Made by a program: the position numbers and the translations under genes. 64,000 nt of DNA from Bacteroidota bacterium (GTDB lineage Bacteria; Bacteroidota; Ignavibacteria; UBA10030; UBA8401), in contig JBMOHT010000001.1 in NCBI GenBank assembly GCA_049317705.1, positions 1,267-65,266 of the forward strand, in the 5' to 3' direction. Position 1 is the first letter of the stretch, and every line of letters starts with the position of its first letter. The notes beneath the pieces are model-generated. The model worked only from the letters and a program-made list of their open reading frames with translations. It did no database searches and was not told the origin of the DNA. This document shows, one piece after another, positions 1-9,078 of this stretch.

Positions 1-1495
1 CCGGTTGCGAATCACTTTCGCGAAGGAGTGAATCGAGATCGATCAGATCCTGTTCCCTCTCTTTCATTTCACGCAGCTTGGATTCGAATTCATGTTTCCG
101 AGACGATGATTTGAACATCAACCGCATTTTTGTCGTTCCGCGGGCCGTGGTATCGGAGACCTCATAATGGAATTCACCGCGCGGCAACCGCTTGAACACT
201 CTCATCGTTTGATCACTCGAGGGAAATTCAAATGAAAGGATAGAATCTCCGCTGACGACCAACTGATTGTAATTTTCTCTTCCGGCACCGGGCATCCTCG
301 GGCGGACCATTTCCACGGATTCAAAACCGGTCATTTCAGCCGGCGCGGGGCGTTCAAAATTGATCTGGAATGCACCGCTGGATGATTGAACGCTGACCCT
401 ATTCTGTCCCATCCCGACAAGGTTCTCTTCCACTCTTCGTTGACGTTCTGTAAGCTCAGCGACCATTCTCTCCGTGATAAGCTTGCGGTAATGCATCTCC
501 TGGCGACGTGCTACGTCCCGGATGCTGTCCATATTGATCGTCATCTCTGCGATCTCAATAGCACCGGGTGAGATCACGACATAGTTCTTTCCGTTGGATG
601 TCCTCGGGATCTTATTGAGGATGATGTGCGAAGGAACGGTCGGCGAATTGACTGCAACGACTGCATACGGAGCATTCCTTTTGTCAAGAAATCTTTGGAA
701 CCGCGACCGCTGCGGGGGTTCAAGACAAGAAGCGATCGTTGAGACCATCGCCCGGTTCAGATCAACAAGTCCGGCATGGATCGCTACTTCATCATTCTCA
801 CTGACAAGCACTGCTGATTGGAGTTTCTCTTTGTAGGAACCAAGGATTGAATCAACCACTTCCCGCTGATCAGCGCTGATGCCGATCTGCGCTGCGAATT
901 CATCCACCGTTACATCCGGCTTCGGCAGCTCATCATTACGAACGATCTGGATCTGAGATCCTTTTGCATCCGTATTCTTCACTTGAAGGGAAGTGTTGCG
1001 GGAAGAATCGATGGAAATTGTACCGAACAATGCAAAATTCAGGACATCATCTTTGTTCAAATTGGAAAATAACGGAAGAATATTCCCGGTCATGATATTA
1101 TTACGGTAAATATTCTCTGCCTGAACTTTCTTTTCCATGAAGAACCGCTTGAAGAGGGGCGCTTCTTTCACAAAAATAACTCCGATAACAAAGACCGTCA
1201 AGACCGCCAGGGATGCTATCGCATACGCAGGATTTTTGGAAAGGGAAAATGCAGAAGTACGGGATTGACTCTGTTCAAGTCTGTTCGATAATTTCAGCCA
1301 GAACCAATCGTTTTTCGGCAGGGTAGGTTTTTCGCCGAGCGAATGTTTCGTCATCCGAAGGATCTCGACCTCCCGGGCAACGGCGGGATGAGTTTCGAGA
1401 TATGATTCGAGACGTTTTTTTTCTGTCTGATCAAGTTCGCCGTCAATATAGAGCGAAATGATCTGTTCTAATTCTTTTTGTGATAATTGATTCAT
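1..1495 (-). CDS. Putative anti-sigma factor, single-pass membrane protein; its C-terminal end runs off the window
   Basis: My own minus-strand translation from the ATG at 1495 gives MNQLSQKELEQIISLYIDGELDQTEKKRLESYLETHPAVAREVEILRMTK, an anti-sigma N-terminal helix pattern but without Zn-binding Cys. A TM segment AYAIASLAVLTVFVIGVIFV follows and the frame stays open to base 1. It is absent from the ORF track because no stop codon lies in the window. It starts 1 nt after the sigma gene stop. Confidence 0.6.
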   Translation of the reverse strand, partial: MNQLSQKELEQIISLYIDGELDQTEKKRLESYLETHPAVAREVEILRMTKHSLGEKPTLPKNDWFWLKLSNRLEQSQSRTSAFSLSKNPAYAIASLAVLTVFVIGVIFVKEAPLFKRFFMEKKVQAENIYRNNIMTGNILPLFSNLNKDDVLNFALFGTISIDSSRNTSLQVKNTDAKGSQIQIVRNDELPKPDVTVDEFAAQIGISADQREVVDSILGSYKEKLQSAVLVSENDEVAIHAGLVDLNRAMVSTIASCLEPPQRSRFQRFLDKRNAPYAVVAVNSPTVPSHIILNKIPRTSNGKNYVVISPGAIEIAEMTINMDSIRDVARRQEMHYRKLITERMVAELTERQRRVEENLVGMGQNRVSVQSSSGAFQINFERPAPAEMTGFESVEMVRPRMPGAGRENYNQLVVSGDSILSFEFPSSDQTMRVFKRLPRGEFHYEVSDTTARGTTKMRLMFKSSSRKHEFESKLREMKEREQDLIDLDSLLRESDSQP

Positions 1496-1496
1496 G

Positions 1497-2096
1497 TTAT
1501 ACCAATATCGGCATCAATATTTCCTTCAACATCGTTCGTCCCCGCGACAATCGCGATTTCACTGTGCCGACCTCGCATTCCAGCACTTCGGCGATCTCAT
1601 CATATGACATCCCGTCAATATCCTTAAGGATGATCGGCATACGGAATTTTTCCGGTAGTTTCTTCAGCGATTCTTCGATCACTCCGCGCATATTCTCATC
1701 ATCGAACGTGGTCGTCGCCATATTCTCGATCTTCATGTTCGTTGTTTTCTCAAAACTGTTGAACGAGAAGAAGCGTTTTACTTTTTTCTTGCGCAGTTCA
1801 TCCCTGCATTTATTCACTGTGATTCGATATATCCATGTATAGAATGAGGATTCAAATCGGAAATTCTGGAGGGCCTGGTAAACTTTTATGAAGACTTCCT
1901 GTGCGATATCATCCACATGATCGGCATCATTGAAGATCGAAAAGATGATATTCCGAACCTTCTCCTGGTATCGTTCTACCAGATAACGGAACACTTCCTT
2001 TTCCCCACTCTGAAACAGCATAATGAGCGAATCGTCGCTTTTCTGCGAATGAGGAATATTTGCATCTATGATATTGATAACTGCCGGTTTCGCCAT
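1497..2096 (-). CDS. ECF-subfamily RNA polymerase sigma-70 factor
   Basis: 199 aa. The region 2 motif is DIAQEVFIKVYQALQNFRFESSFYTWIYRITVNKCRDELRK. The region 4 HTH is MSYDEIAEVLECEVGTVKSRLSRGR. Confidence 0.9.
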   Translation of the reverse strand: MAKPAVINIIDANIPHSQKSDDSLIMLFQSGEKEVFRYLVERYQEKVRNIIFSIFNDADHVDDIAQEVFIKVYQALQNFRFESSFYTWIYRITVNKCRDELRKKKVKRFFSFNSFEKTTNMKIENMATTTFDDENMRGVIEESLKKLPEKFRMPIILKDIDGMSYDEIAEVLECEVGTVKSRLSRGRTMLKEILMPILV

Positions 2097-2149
2097 AGTG
2101 GATAATTTTAAGAATAGACGAACTGAACAGGGATATGTTCCATGATCAC

Positions 2150-2180
2150 AAAAAAAAACCGACGCTGCCGTCGGTTTTTG
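2150..2180 (-). terminator. Rho-independent terminator downstream of the Hc1-like gene (bidirectional shape)
   Basis: Stem CCGACG (2159-2164), loop CTGC, stem CGTCGG (2169-2174), flanked by A8 and T5. On the minus strand the hairpin is followed by a T-run of 8. Confidence 0.8.
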
Positions 2181-2199
2181 ATCTTCATATTTTAGCTTT

Positions 2200-2415
2200 T
2201 TATGCTTTTTCAGAGGTCTCTGAAGAGTCTGTCTCTTCTGTGGTTCCTTTTAAGTCCTGCACTTCAACACGAATTTCCTGTGCTTTGCGCTTTAATTCCG
2301 CCATATGTTTGCGGACGCGGGTACCGGCAGATTTATTGCCTTTATCGTAAAATTTGATGAAATCTTTCTCGAAAGTTTGAACCATTTCAACAAGTTCAGT
2401 AAAACGACTCATCAT
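2200..2415 (-). CDS. Histone H1-like (Hc1 family) nucleoid protein with an acidic C-terminal tail
   Basis: 71 aa. The core KFYDKGNKSAGTRVRKHMAELKRKAQEIRVEVQ resembles the Hc1/bacterial histone H1 core (GNKAAAQRVR in chlamydial Hc1). The tail is TTEETDSSETSEKA. Confidence 0.7.
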   Translation of the reverse strand: MMSRFTELVEMVQTFEKDFIKFYDKGNKSAGTRVRKHMAELKRKAQEIRVEVQDLKGTTEETDSSETSEKA

Positions 2416-2494
2416 TACTCCTTTTGTTTGGTAAAAAAATAGTGCTAATTGCGTCTAAATATTGCCCGATTTCGTTAAATAGTCAAGAAAAATT

Positions 2495-3316
2495 TCATTT
2501 TTCAGCGACTTTCGTCAACTTTACTGCTCTTGAATAAAAAAATACCGCCATAATGATTACTATTACAGTGACGGAAATCCCTTCAGCAATAAAATAAAGT
2601 GATTCGGTTGTAAAGGAAGAATCAGATTCATTGATCCGGGAAGTCAAAATGATGGGGGTCAGTGTGATCAAACCGATCCTTAATGAGTAACCAAGCCACA
2701 CATTCCCTTTCCACAGACTCAAGGATGACAGGAGAAAACCACTTGCTAAGAAATATAGAGCTAATACCAAGCTGAGTTCTATAGTAAATGTTTCTGTTCC
2801 AAAAACATCCGTAACCATAAAGATCAACCAAAGAGCGGCCGTGATCATGGATGCCTGAAACAACCCGTGCTGTCGTCCAAAGGATCGGAGCAGAATTCCT
2901 CGGAAAACCAATTCTTCGATCAATATCGAGGTAGCTGAAAACACATAAATGGCGGGAATGTCGAAAATCGTTGCTAGAATCAGTGTCGCCGCATTATCCA
3001 GTTTATTGATCTTCACTTCAGAAACGGCAATTCCAATCCCGATAGTGATCGCATAAATTATCAATGGTACGCTGAACAATAGCACATTCTTTTTCCAGTC
3101 CAATGAAAAGAACGAAAGTTGTGATCGTGAGAAAACGATCTCATTCTTTCGGTACCAAGCATACAAAAGAACGACCATCGCAACGACCTTCAGATCGATC
3201 AGGATCTCCCAAATGTAGAACTGATATTGGATCTTCAAAAAGCTCAGCGCACCGAAGATCAATGATATCAGGACGAGTAGCGATGTAATTCGCAATAACC
3301 TATGTTGTTCGATCAT
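2495..3316 (-). CDS. CPBP-family intramembrane glutamic endopeptidase (CAAX protease-like)
   Basis: 273 aa and polytopic. The EELVFRGILLRSF motif (EExxxR) is typical of the CPBP/Abi family. Confidence 0.7.
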   Translation of the reverse strand: MIEQHRLLRITSLLVLISLIFGALSFLKIQYQFYIWEILIDLKVVAMVVLLYAWYRKNEIVFSRSQLSFFSLDWKKNVLLFSVPLIIYAITIGIGIAVSEVKINKLDNAATLILATIFDIPAIYVFSATSILIEELVFRGILLRSFGRQHGLFQASMITAALWLIFMVTDVFGTETFTIELSLVLALYFLASGFLLSSLSLWKGNVWLGYSLRIGLITLTPIILTSRINESDSSFTTESLYFIAEGISVTVIVIIMAVFFYSRAVKLTKVAEK

Positions 3317-3764
3317 ATTGTTGAAAAAACTCTTTGGTCTTTTTGTGTCTATAGGAAAAAAGCATGCTATGGATCATACGGAAGAAGAGAAGATCGGCGA
3401 TCTTTCCGATGAAACCGAATGGTAACTGATAATGAAGCCGGTCCGTTAAAAAAATTGACCCTTCATTATCAGAAATAATGTGCTCGTGTTTCCAATATCG
3501 GAATGGTCCCCGTCCGGACTGGACATCGACCAATAAAGAATCCGGGACCAGTTTCTCTACGGTCACATCCCACGGCATCCAGCGGATTCCCTGAAAGATC
3601 TCCACCGTCATTCTGCTCCCTTCCATCATCTTCAATGGAACGGCAGCGAACCTCAATCGGATGAACGGCGGAGTGACGATCTTTACATTGGTGAAATCCG
3701 TATGGAATTCGAACAATGCCCTTCGACTTGCGGGAATGGATGAAGTGAATTCTAATACTGTCAC
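3300..3764 (-). CDS. SRPBCC (cyclase/dehydrase-like) ligand-binding protein
   Basis: 154 aa. Contains GPFRYWKHEHIISD, a typical SRPBCC/COG4276 signature. It directly abuts the upstream SDR gene. Confidence 0.65.
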   Translation of the reverse strand: MTVLEFTSSIPASRRALFEFHTDFTNVKIVTPPFIRLRFAAVPLKMMEGSRMTVEIFQGIRWMPWDVTVEKLVPDSLLVDVQSGRGPFRYWKHEHIISDNEGSIFLTDRLHYQLPFGFIGKIADLLFFRMIHSMLFSYRHKKTKEFFQQYDRTT

Positions 3765-4541
3765 TTACCCGACCAGTACGCTTCCGCCGTTCACATTCAT
3801 GATCTCTCCCGTGATATGACGCGAAAGTTCCGAAGCGAGGAATATGATGGGACCAGCTATATCATCAGCAGTCGGTATGCGTTGGATCGGGATCTTCTTC
3901 CGTTCCTGCTCTTTATATTTTTTATCAGTGAAGACAGAATCATTCAGATCAGTATCGACCCAACCTGGTGCAACGGAATTGACATTGATATTGAACGGTC
4001 CTAACTCCGTGGCGATCGCTTTGGTGAATGATATCATCCCTCCTTTTGATGCCGCGTAGTGGGAATGTTCTGCTTCGCCCCGTTGTCCTGCCGTGCTTGA
4101 GATGTTGATGATCTTCCCTGAATGTTGTTTCTTCATGAACGGTACAACGGCGTTCGTCATGTAGAACATTCCGTCGAGATTCACCTGCATCGTTTGCTTC
4201 CACACTTTTTCTGTCATTGATCCGATCTTACCATAGGTCCAAATACCAGCATTATTCACAAGGATATCGACCTTGCCGAATTTTTTTATTGTCTGCTGAA
4301 CAACTTTTTTTGCGTTCTCGGGTTTAGATACATCCGCTTTGATCGCCAAGCCGTCGCGCCATTCATTCTTCACATTATCGATAACAGCATTAGCTGCTTT
4401 TGCATTTTTGGTATAGGTGATAACAACATCTGCCCCGGCTTTGGCGAATTGCACAGCTGCTGCTGCACCGATTCCGCGAGAACCGCCTGTAATAATAACA
4501 ACCTGATTCCAAAGAGAGATCATAATTTCCTTATAAGACAA
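3765..4541 (-). CDS. SDR-family oxidoreductase (FabG-like)
   Basis: 258 aa. Contains TGGSRGIG, NNAG and the YAASK catalytic motif. Confidence 0.85.
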   Translation of the reverse strand: MSYKEIMISLWNQVVIITGGSRGIGAAAAVQFAKAGADVVITYTKNAKAANAVIDNVKNEWRDGLAIKADVSKPENAKKVVQQTIKKFGKVDILVNNAGIWTYGKIGSMTEKVWKQTMQVNLDGMFYMTNAVVPFMKKQHSGKIINISSTAGQRGEAEHSHYAASKGGMISFTKAIATELGPFNINVNSVAPGWVDTDLNDSVFTDKKYKEQERKKIPIQRIPTADDIAGPIIFLASELSRHITGEIMNVNGGSVLVG

Positions 4542-4730
4542 ATTGGTATGATTATTGTTTGATATCGATATAAATATACAAAAAAGTATCTTCGATGGAT
4601 ATTTTTATTGTTTAGACTATATCGGTCATAGTTAGTCCAATTTGCGATTTTTGAATAATTTCACAAGTTTGTCTTGCCCGATAAGGAATAAAAGTTTATA
4701 TTTACTTAGATTAAGTCTAAATAAGAATTA

Positions 4731-5165
4731 ATGGAACTTGAATTAGCAAAAGAAAACTTCACTAAGTATCTCAAATCTGGGAGTTACCGGATCACGCCGG
4801 AACGGTTTGTTATCCTTGAAGCGGTAATGAACTACGACGGTCATTTTGATGCTGATGAACTTTTCTTTCAGATGAAGACCGCAGGACAGAAAGTTTCAAG
4901 AGCGACAGTCTATAATACACTTGATCTTCTTCAGGACTGCGGATTGATCTCAAAATATCGATTCGGTGAGAACCATTCCCGATATGAACTGGCATTTGGA
5001 CGACCTCATCACCACCACTTGATCTGTCTTGAGTGCGGCGACATCATCGAGTTCGTGAATGACAGGATAGAAAAAGTACAAAAAGAAGTGTGTGAAGCGA
5101 ATAAATTCACAGTTCAAACGACCACACTTCAGATCTTTGGAATCTGTTCAAAATGCCAAAAATAA
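4731..5165 (+). CDS. fur: Fur-family transcriptional regulator
   Basis: 144 aa. The winged helix is SRATVYNTLDLL. Also has HHHHLICLECGDIIEF and a C-terminal CSKC (two CxxC pairs). Confidence 0.9.
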   Translation: MELELAKENFTKYLKSGSYRITPERFVILEAVMNYDGHFDADELFFQMKTAGQKVSRATVYNTLDLLQDCGLISKYRFGENHSRYELAFGRPHHHHLICLECGDIIEFVNDRIEKVQKEVCEANKFTVQTTTLQIFGICSKCQK

Positions 5166-5168
5166 ACT

Positions 5169-5396
5169 ATGAAAACATTAGCACAAACACCGGCAGGAAC
5201 TACGGTCACGATCTCCCATCTCGATTCACATCCGGACACATGTAACCGACTTCGCGAAGTCGGATTCTGTGAGAATGCGGAGATACGATTGGTGTCGAGC
5301 GGTTCATCACAATTGATCTGCGAAGTCTGCAATACAAGGATCGGTTTGAACTATACAACAGCAAATGCGATCGTTGTCTTGCCCAGTAAAGCGTAA
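5169..5396 (+). CDS. feoA: FeoA-family ferrous iron transport protein
   Basis: 75 aa. SH3-like FeoA pattern (RLREVGFCENAEIRLVS). Starts 3 nt after fur. Confidence 0.85.
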   Translation: MKTLAQTPAGTTVTISHLDSHPDTCNRLREVGFCENAEIRLVSSGSSQLICEVCNTRIGLNYTTANAIVVLPSKA

Positions 5397-5431
5397 TAAT
5401 TTTAGACCATTGAATTGCTTGTGCAATATTT

Positions 5432-7537
5432 ATGAATTCAGCTCCCCCGAAACCTCCCATCAGAACAATCGCCCTTATTGGAAATCCTAACTGCGGAAAG
5501 ACCACGCTCTTCAATGAACTGACCGGACTGCGTCAAAAAGTTGGGAACTATCCCGGTGTCACTGTTGAAAAAAAAGAAGGAAAGATCCAGATCGGATCTG
5601 AAGAGATCACGGTACTCGATCTTCCCGGGACCTATTCCCTTTCGGCAAATTCGCCAGACGAGAAAGTCGTGACGGATATTCTCTTCGGGAAAATCACGGG
5701 AACACCGCTTCCCGATATCATCGTCTTCGTTGCTGACGCAACAAATCTTGAACGGAATCTTTATCTGCTCAGCCAGGTGATCGACCTGAAGATCCCGACC
5801 GTTGTCGCACTGAATATGATCGACCGCATCCAGAGTTCGGGAATATCTATTGATACAGCTATGCTCCGGAATGATTTCGGGGTACAATTCATTCCGATGA
5901 TCGCTAGTAAAGGTATCGGGACGAAAGAATTGCTCTCGACATTCGATAATATTTCAATCAATACCGGTACGATCAGACAATGGAAATTGCCTGATCCTGT
6001 GAGGGTAGAACACAACGAACTTGTTGCGATCCTCATTGACAGTGAGAAGATGACGGAACCTGCTGCTTTTCATGAAGCGCAATTGCTACTTTCTACACCG
6101 AAAGATGTCACCGCATTTTCAGATGATTATTCCGACACCACCCTTTCCCATCTTCAGCGGGACCATGAACATCTCAGACTCTCCGGTATTGACAGACATT
6201 CTGTGTTCGTAGAATCCCGTTTTCGTTGGACCAACAGTGTCTTTAAAAAGAGTGTCCGGCAAACAAAGCGTCGTGGACAGAATACGATCCATGATTCTAT
6301 TGATGCAGTACTGACGCACCGCATCTGGGGATTTGTGATCTTTTTTGCACTGATGGGGGTGATGTTCCAAACGATCTTTACCTGGGCAAATTATCCCATG
6401 GAATTGATCGGATCCGCTTTCGATATTCTGGCACAGACTGTCTCCGCAATCATTCCTGAAGGGGACTTGCAGAGTCTTATTACCCGCGGTATCATCGGCG
6501 GCGTCGGCGCAGTGGTCACGTTCCTCCCTCAGATATTGTTCCTCTTCCTCTTTCTCGGATTTTTGGAGGACACAGGATATATGGCAAGGGCAGCGTTCAT
6601 AATGGACAGAGTGATGAGTAAAGTTGGCCTGCATGGAAAGTCATTCATCCCATTATTGTCATCGTTTGCCTGTGCAATACCGGGAATCATGGCAACACGA
6701 ACGATCGAGAATCCGCGGGACCGACTTGTAACGATCCTTGTGGCACCGCTGATGAGCTGCAGTGCAAGGCTTCCGGTCTTCTCGCTGCTGATCGCATCAT
6801 TTGTTCCCAATATTCTGATCTTCGGATTTATCAGTCTTCCGGCGGTAGTTTTGATCTCGATGTATCTATTGGGATTGATCACGGCATTATTGACAGCTCG
6901 ACTATTGAAGAGCACTATATTAAAGGGACCTAAACCAGCGTTCATCATGGAACTGCCGCCGTACAGGATACCATCACTGAAGAATACATTCATTCATATG
7001 TGGGAACGGTCCATTCTCTTCTTAAAGAATGCGGGGACGATCATTCTAGGAGTGTCGATCGTATTATGGTTCCTCGCTACTTACCCAAAACTGGACCACG
7101 GGAATTCTTCAGAAAAACTTGCGCACAGTTTTGTCGGACGCGCAGGTCATGCCATTGAACCGGCACTGAAACCACTGGGTTTTGATTGGAAGATCGGGAT
7201 CGGGATCATCAGTTCATTACTTCAGCGTGAGGTTTTCGTCGGAACATTAGGAACGATCTATAATATCGAGCATGCGGACGAGGGTTCTACTACATTAAAG
7301 CAACAGATGTTGAATGATAAAGATCCTGTAACGGGATCTCCGACATTCTCATTGTTGACCGCTCTCTGCATTATGGTGTATTATGTCCTTGCCATGCAGT
7401 GCTTATCTACCGTTGCGGTGGTTCGGCGAGAAACGAACGGTTGGAAATGGCCGACTATTCAATTTGTCTACATGACACTGCTGGCATACAGCGGAACATT
7501 CATCACGTATAGGATAGGGTTATGGATACTCTCTTAA
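5432..7537 (+). CDS. feoB: Ferrous iron transporter FeoB
   Basis: 701 aa. N-terminal G-domain IALIGNPNCGKTTLFNELTG followed by a polytopic gate domain. Confidence 0.95.
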   Translation: MNSAPPKPPIRTIALIGNPNCGKTTLFNELTGLRQKVGNYPGVTVEKKEGKIQIGSEEITVLDLPGTYSLSANSPDEKVVTDILFGKITGTPLPDIIVFVADATNLERNLYLLSQVIDLKIPTVVALNMIDRIQSSGISIDTAMLRNDFGVQFIPMIASKGIGTKELLSTFDNISINTGTIRQWKLPDPVRVEHNELVAILIDSEKMTEPAAFHEAQLLLSTPKDVTAFSDDYSDTTLSHLQRDHEHLRLSGIDRHSVFVESRFRWTNSVFKKSVRQTKRRGQNTIHDSIDAVLTHRIWGFVIFFALMGVMFQTIFTWANYPMELIGSAFDILAQTVSAIIPEGDLQSLITRGIIGGVGAVVTFLPQILFLFLFLGFLEDTGYMARAAFIMDRVMSKVGLHGKSFIPLLSSFACAIPGIMATRTIENPRDRLVTILVAPLMSCSARLPVFSLLIASFVPNILIFGFISLPAVVLISMYLLGLITALLTARLLKSTILKGPKPAFIMELPPYRIPSLKNTFIHMWERSILFLKNAGTIILGVSIVLWFLATYPKLDHGNSSEKLAHSFVGRAGHAIEPALKPLGFDWKIGIGIISSLLQREVFVGTLGTIYNIEHADEGSTTLKQQMLNDKDPVTGSPTFSLLTALCIMVYYVLAMQCLSTVAVVRRETNGWKWPTIQFVYMTLLAYSGTFITYRIGLWILS

Positions 7538-7689
7538 TGGATTGGCAGGAGAGTATATCACTGCTGATCGTTCTCATCAGTACGTTGCTTCTGATACGCT
7601 CAATGCTGAAAAAAAGGAAAACGAATTCGAACTGCGCTTCATGCGCTCTGATGAATTCACAGACGAAGAACAAATCCAACTCTCAATAA
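7537..7689 (+). CDS. FeoB-associated Cys-rich small membrane protein (not in ORF track, 50 aa)
   Basis: My own reading. The ATG at 7537 overlaps the feoB stop (TAATG). The product is MDWQESISLLIVLISTLLLIRSMLKKRKTNSNCASCALMNSQTKNKSNSQ, with stop TAA at 7687-7689. It has one TM helix, a basic stretch and a CxxC. Confidence 0.7.
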   Translation: MDWQESISLLIVLISTLLLIRSMLKKRKTNSNCASCALMNSQTKNKSNSQ

Positions 7690-7783
7690 TCGATAATATT
7701 ACATCGTTCACTTGCTTTGCTATATATCAATTGTCCATTGAACCACTCTCAATGAACTAAATCTTTTTTTCGGTAACGCTAAC

Positions 7784-8605
7784 ATGAGACACTTCACTTC
7801 TCAATCATTGCTCATCCTATTCATGCTCATTCTCCCTGCCGAATTCATTCAAGCGAACGAGCGGCGTTTCGGTTTCACGTATGAATCTTCTGTGCTCCCT
7901 GCCGGAGTACGGGAGATCGAATTATGGACTACCGACAGACGCGGGCGAGGATATTTCTATCATCGATTGGATCAGCGGATCGAATTTGAATTCGGCGTGA
8001 CGGACAACCTGATGTCAGCATTCTATCTTAATTCAACATCGCGGACCAAAGACGATAATGGAGACGCCCTTGGAGGAATGAACGCTTCATCCATAGAAGT
8101 CAGTATCTCCAATGAGTGGAAATATAAATTAATGGACAGAACGGCCGATCAATTCGGGTGCGCAATCTATGGTGAATTTACTCTTGCGACTGATATGTAT
8201 GGGCTCGAATCGAAATTGATCTTTGATAAACAAATTCAGCATATCCTTGTTGCTGCAGATATTACCGGCGAATATGAAGCATCGTCGGACATTAAAAACG
8301 GTATTGAAGAAATTGAGACAGAGGTCTCTCTCAAGCCGGGAATCGCCGCCGCTTATGTCGCAGACAACGGTTTCGGTGCAGGCATGGAATTACGGAGCAA
8401 TAATATCTTCATTTCGGGTTCATTACAACACGCCTCCCTCTTTGCCGGCCCCACTATTTCCTACGCTTCAGAGGCGATGTGGTTCACAATTTCATTCATG
8501 CCGCAGATCCATAGTTTTGCCGGTGGAACGACTGCGAGCAAAGATCTAGATCTGGGTGAATTTGAAAAATTTCAAACACGGCTATTGCTCTCGTTCCGTC
8601 TATAA
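7784..8605 (+). CDS. Putative outer-membrane beta-barrel protein (uncharacterised)
   Basis: 273 aa. Signal peptide MRHFTSQSLLILFMLILPAEFIQA. Alternating hydrophobic strands run throughout and the C-terminus is LLLSFRL. Confidence 0.55.
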   Translation: MRHFTSQSLLILFMLILPAEFIQANERRFGFTYESSVLPAGVREIELWTTDRRGRGYFYHRLDQRIEFEFGVTDNLMSAFYLNSTSRTKDDNGDALGGMNASSIEVSISNEWKYKLMDRTADQFGCAIYGEFTLATDMYGLESKLIFDKQIQHILVAADITGEYEASSDIKNGIEEIETEVSLKPGIAAAYVADNGFGAGMELRSNNIFISGSLQHASLFAGPTISYASEAMWFTISFMPQIHSFAGGTTASKDLDLGEFEKFQTRLLLSFRL

Positions 8606-8971
8606 ATGAAAACATTCGCATTGGCAACTCTTGCCATATTTTTCGGATGTGCGGTCGCATTACCTGAACCAACCGAGGAGGATCTTCGGCGGTTCCGCCA
8701 ATCTGATTCAACGCTGACACTACAATCGATCAGCGACGCGAGAACAATGTATGTCAGAAAATGCTCCGGTTGTCACAGTCTCTATCTTCCGGGTTCGTTC
8801 AAACGTGATCAATGGAAAGAAATTGTCCGTGTCATGGGGCAAAGGGCAAAGATCGGTCCCAGCGATGAGTCGATGATCATGCGTTATTTGACGCTCTATT
8901 CATCCGCTGCAATTGGACCTATATCAGATTCAGTCCATACCAAGACTCATAACAGTAATGCAGAGAAATAG
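8606..8971 (+). CDS. Putative mono-haem c-type cytochrome lipoprotein
   Basis: 121 aa. Lipobox-like LAIFFGC and a single haem motif KCSGCH. The ATG directly abuts the stop of the barrel gene (TAAATG). Confidence 0.6.
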   Translation: MKTFALATLAIFFGCAVALPEPTEEDLRRFRQSDSTLTLQSISDARTMYVRKCSGCHSLYLPGSFKRDQWKEIVRVMGQRAKIGPSDESMIMRYLTLYSSAAIGPISDSVHTKTHNSNAEK

Positions 8972-9078
8972 CCCAAACAATGATGGGTCCGGAACTCCTT
9001 ACAGTTTTATCATGACCCACTTTTCTGAACTCCGGTTACAATCTGTGTGTTCTATTTAGTACATTGCATCATTGATAA

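Noticed and set aside
7542-7760. A 72-aa plus-strand ORF after feoB.
   Set aside because: It has no protein-like features. The overlapping 50-codon frame starting at 7537 matches the FeoB-associated Cys-rich membrane protein architecture and is translationally coupled to feoB.
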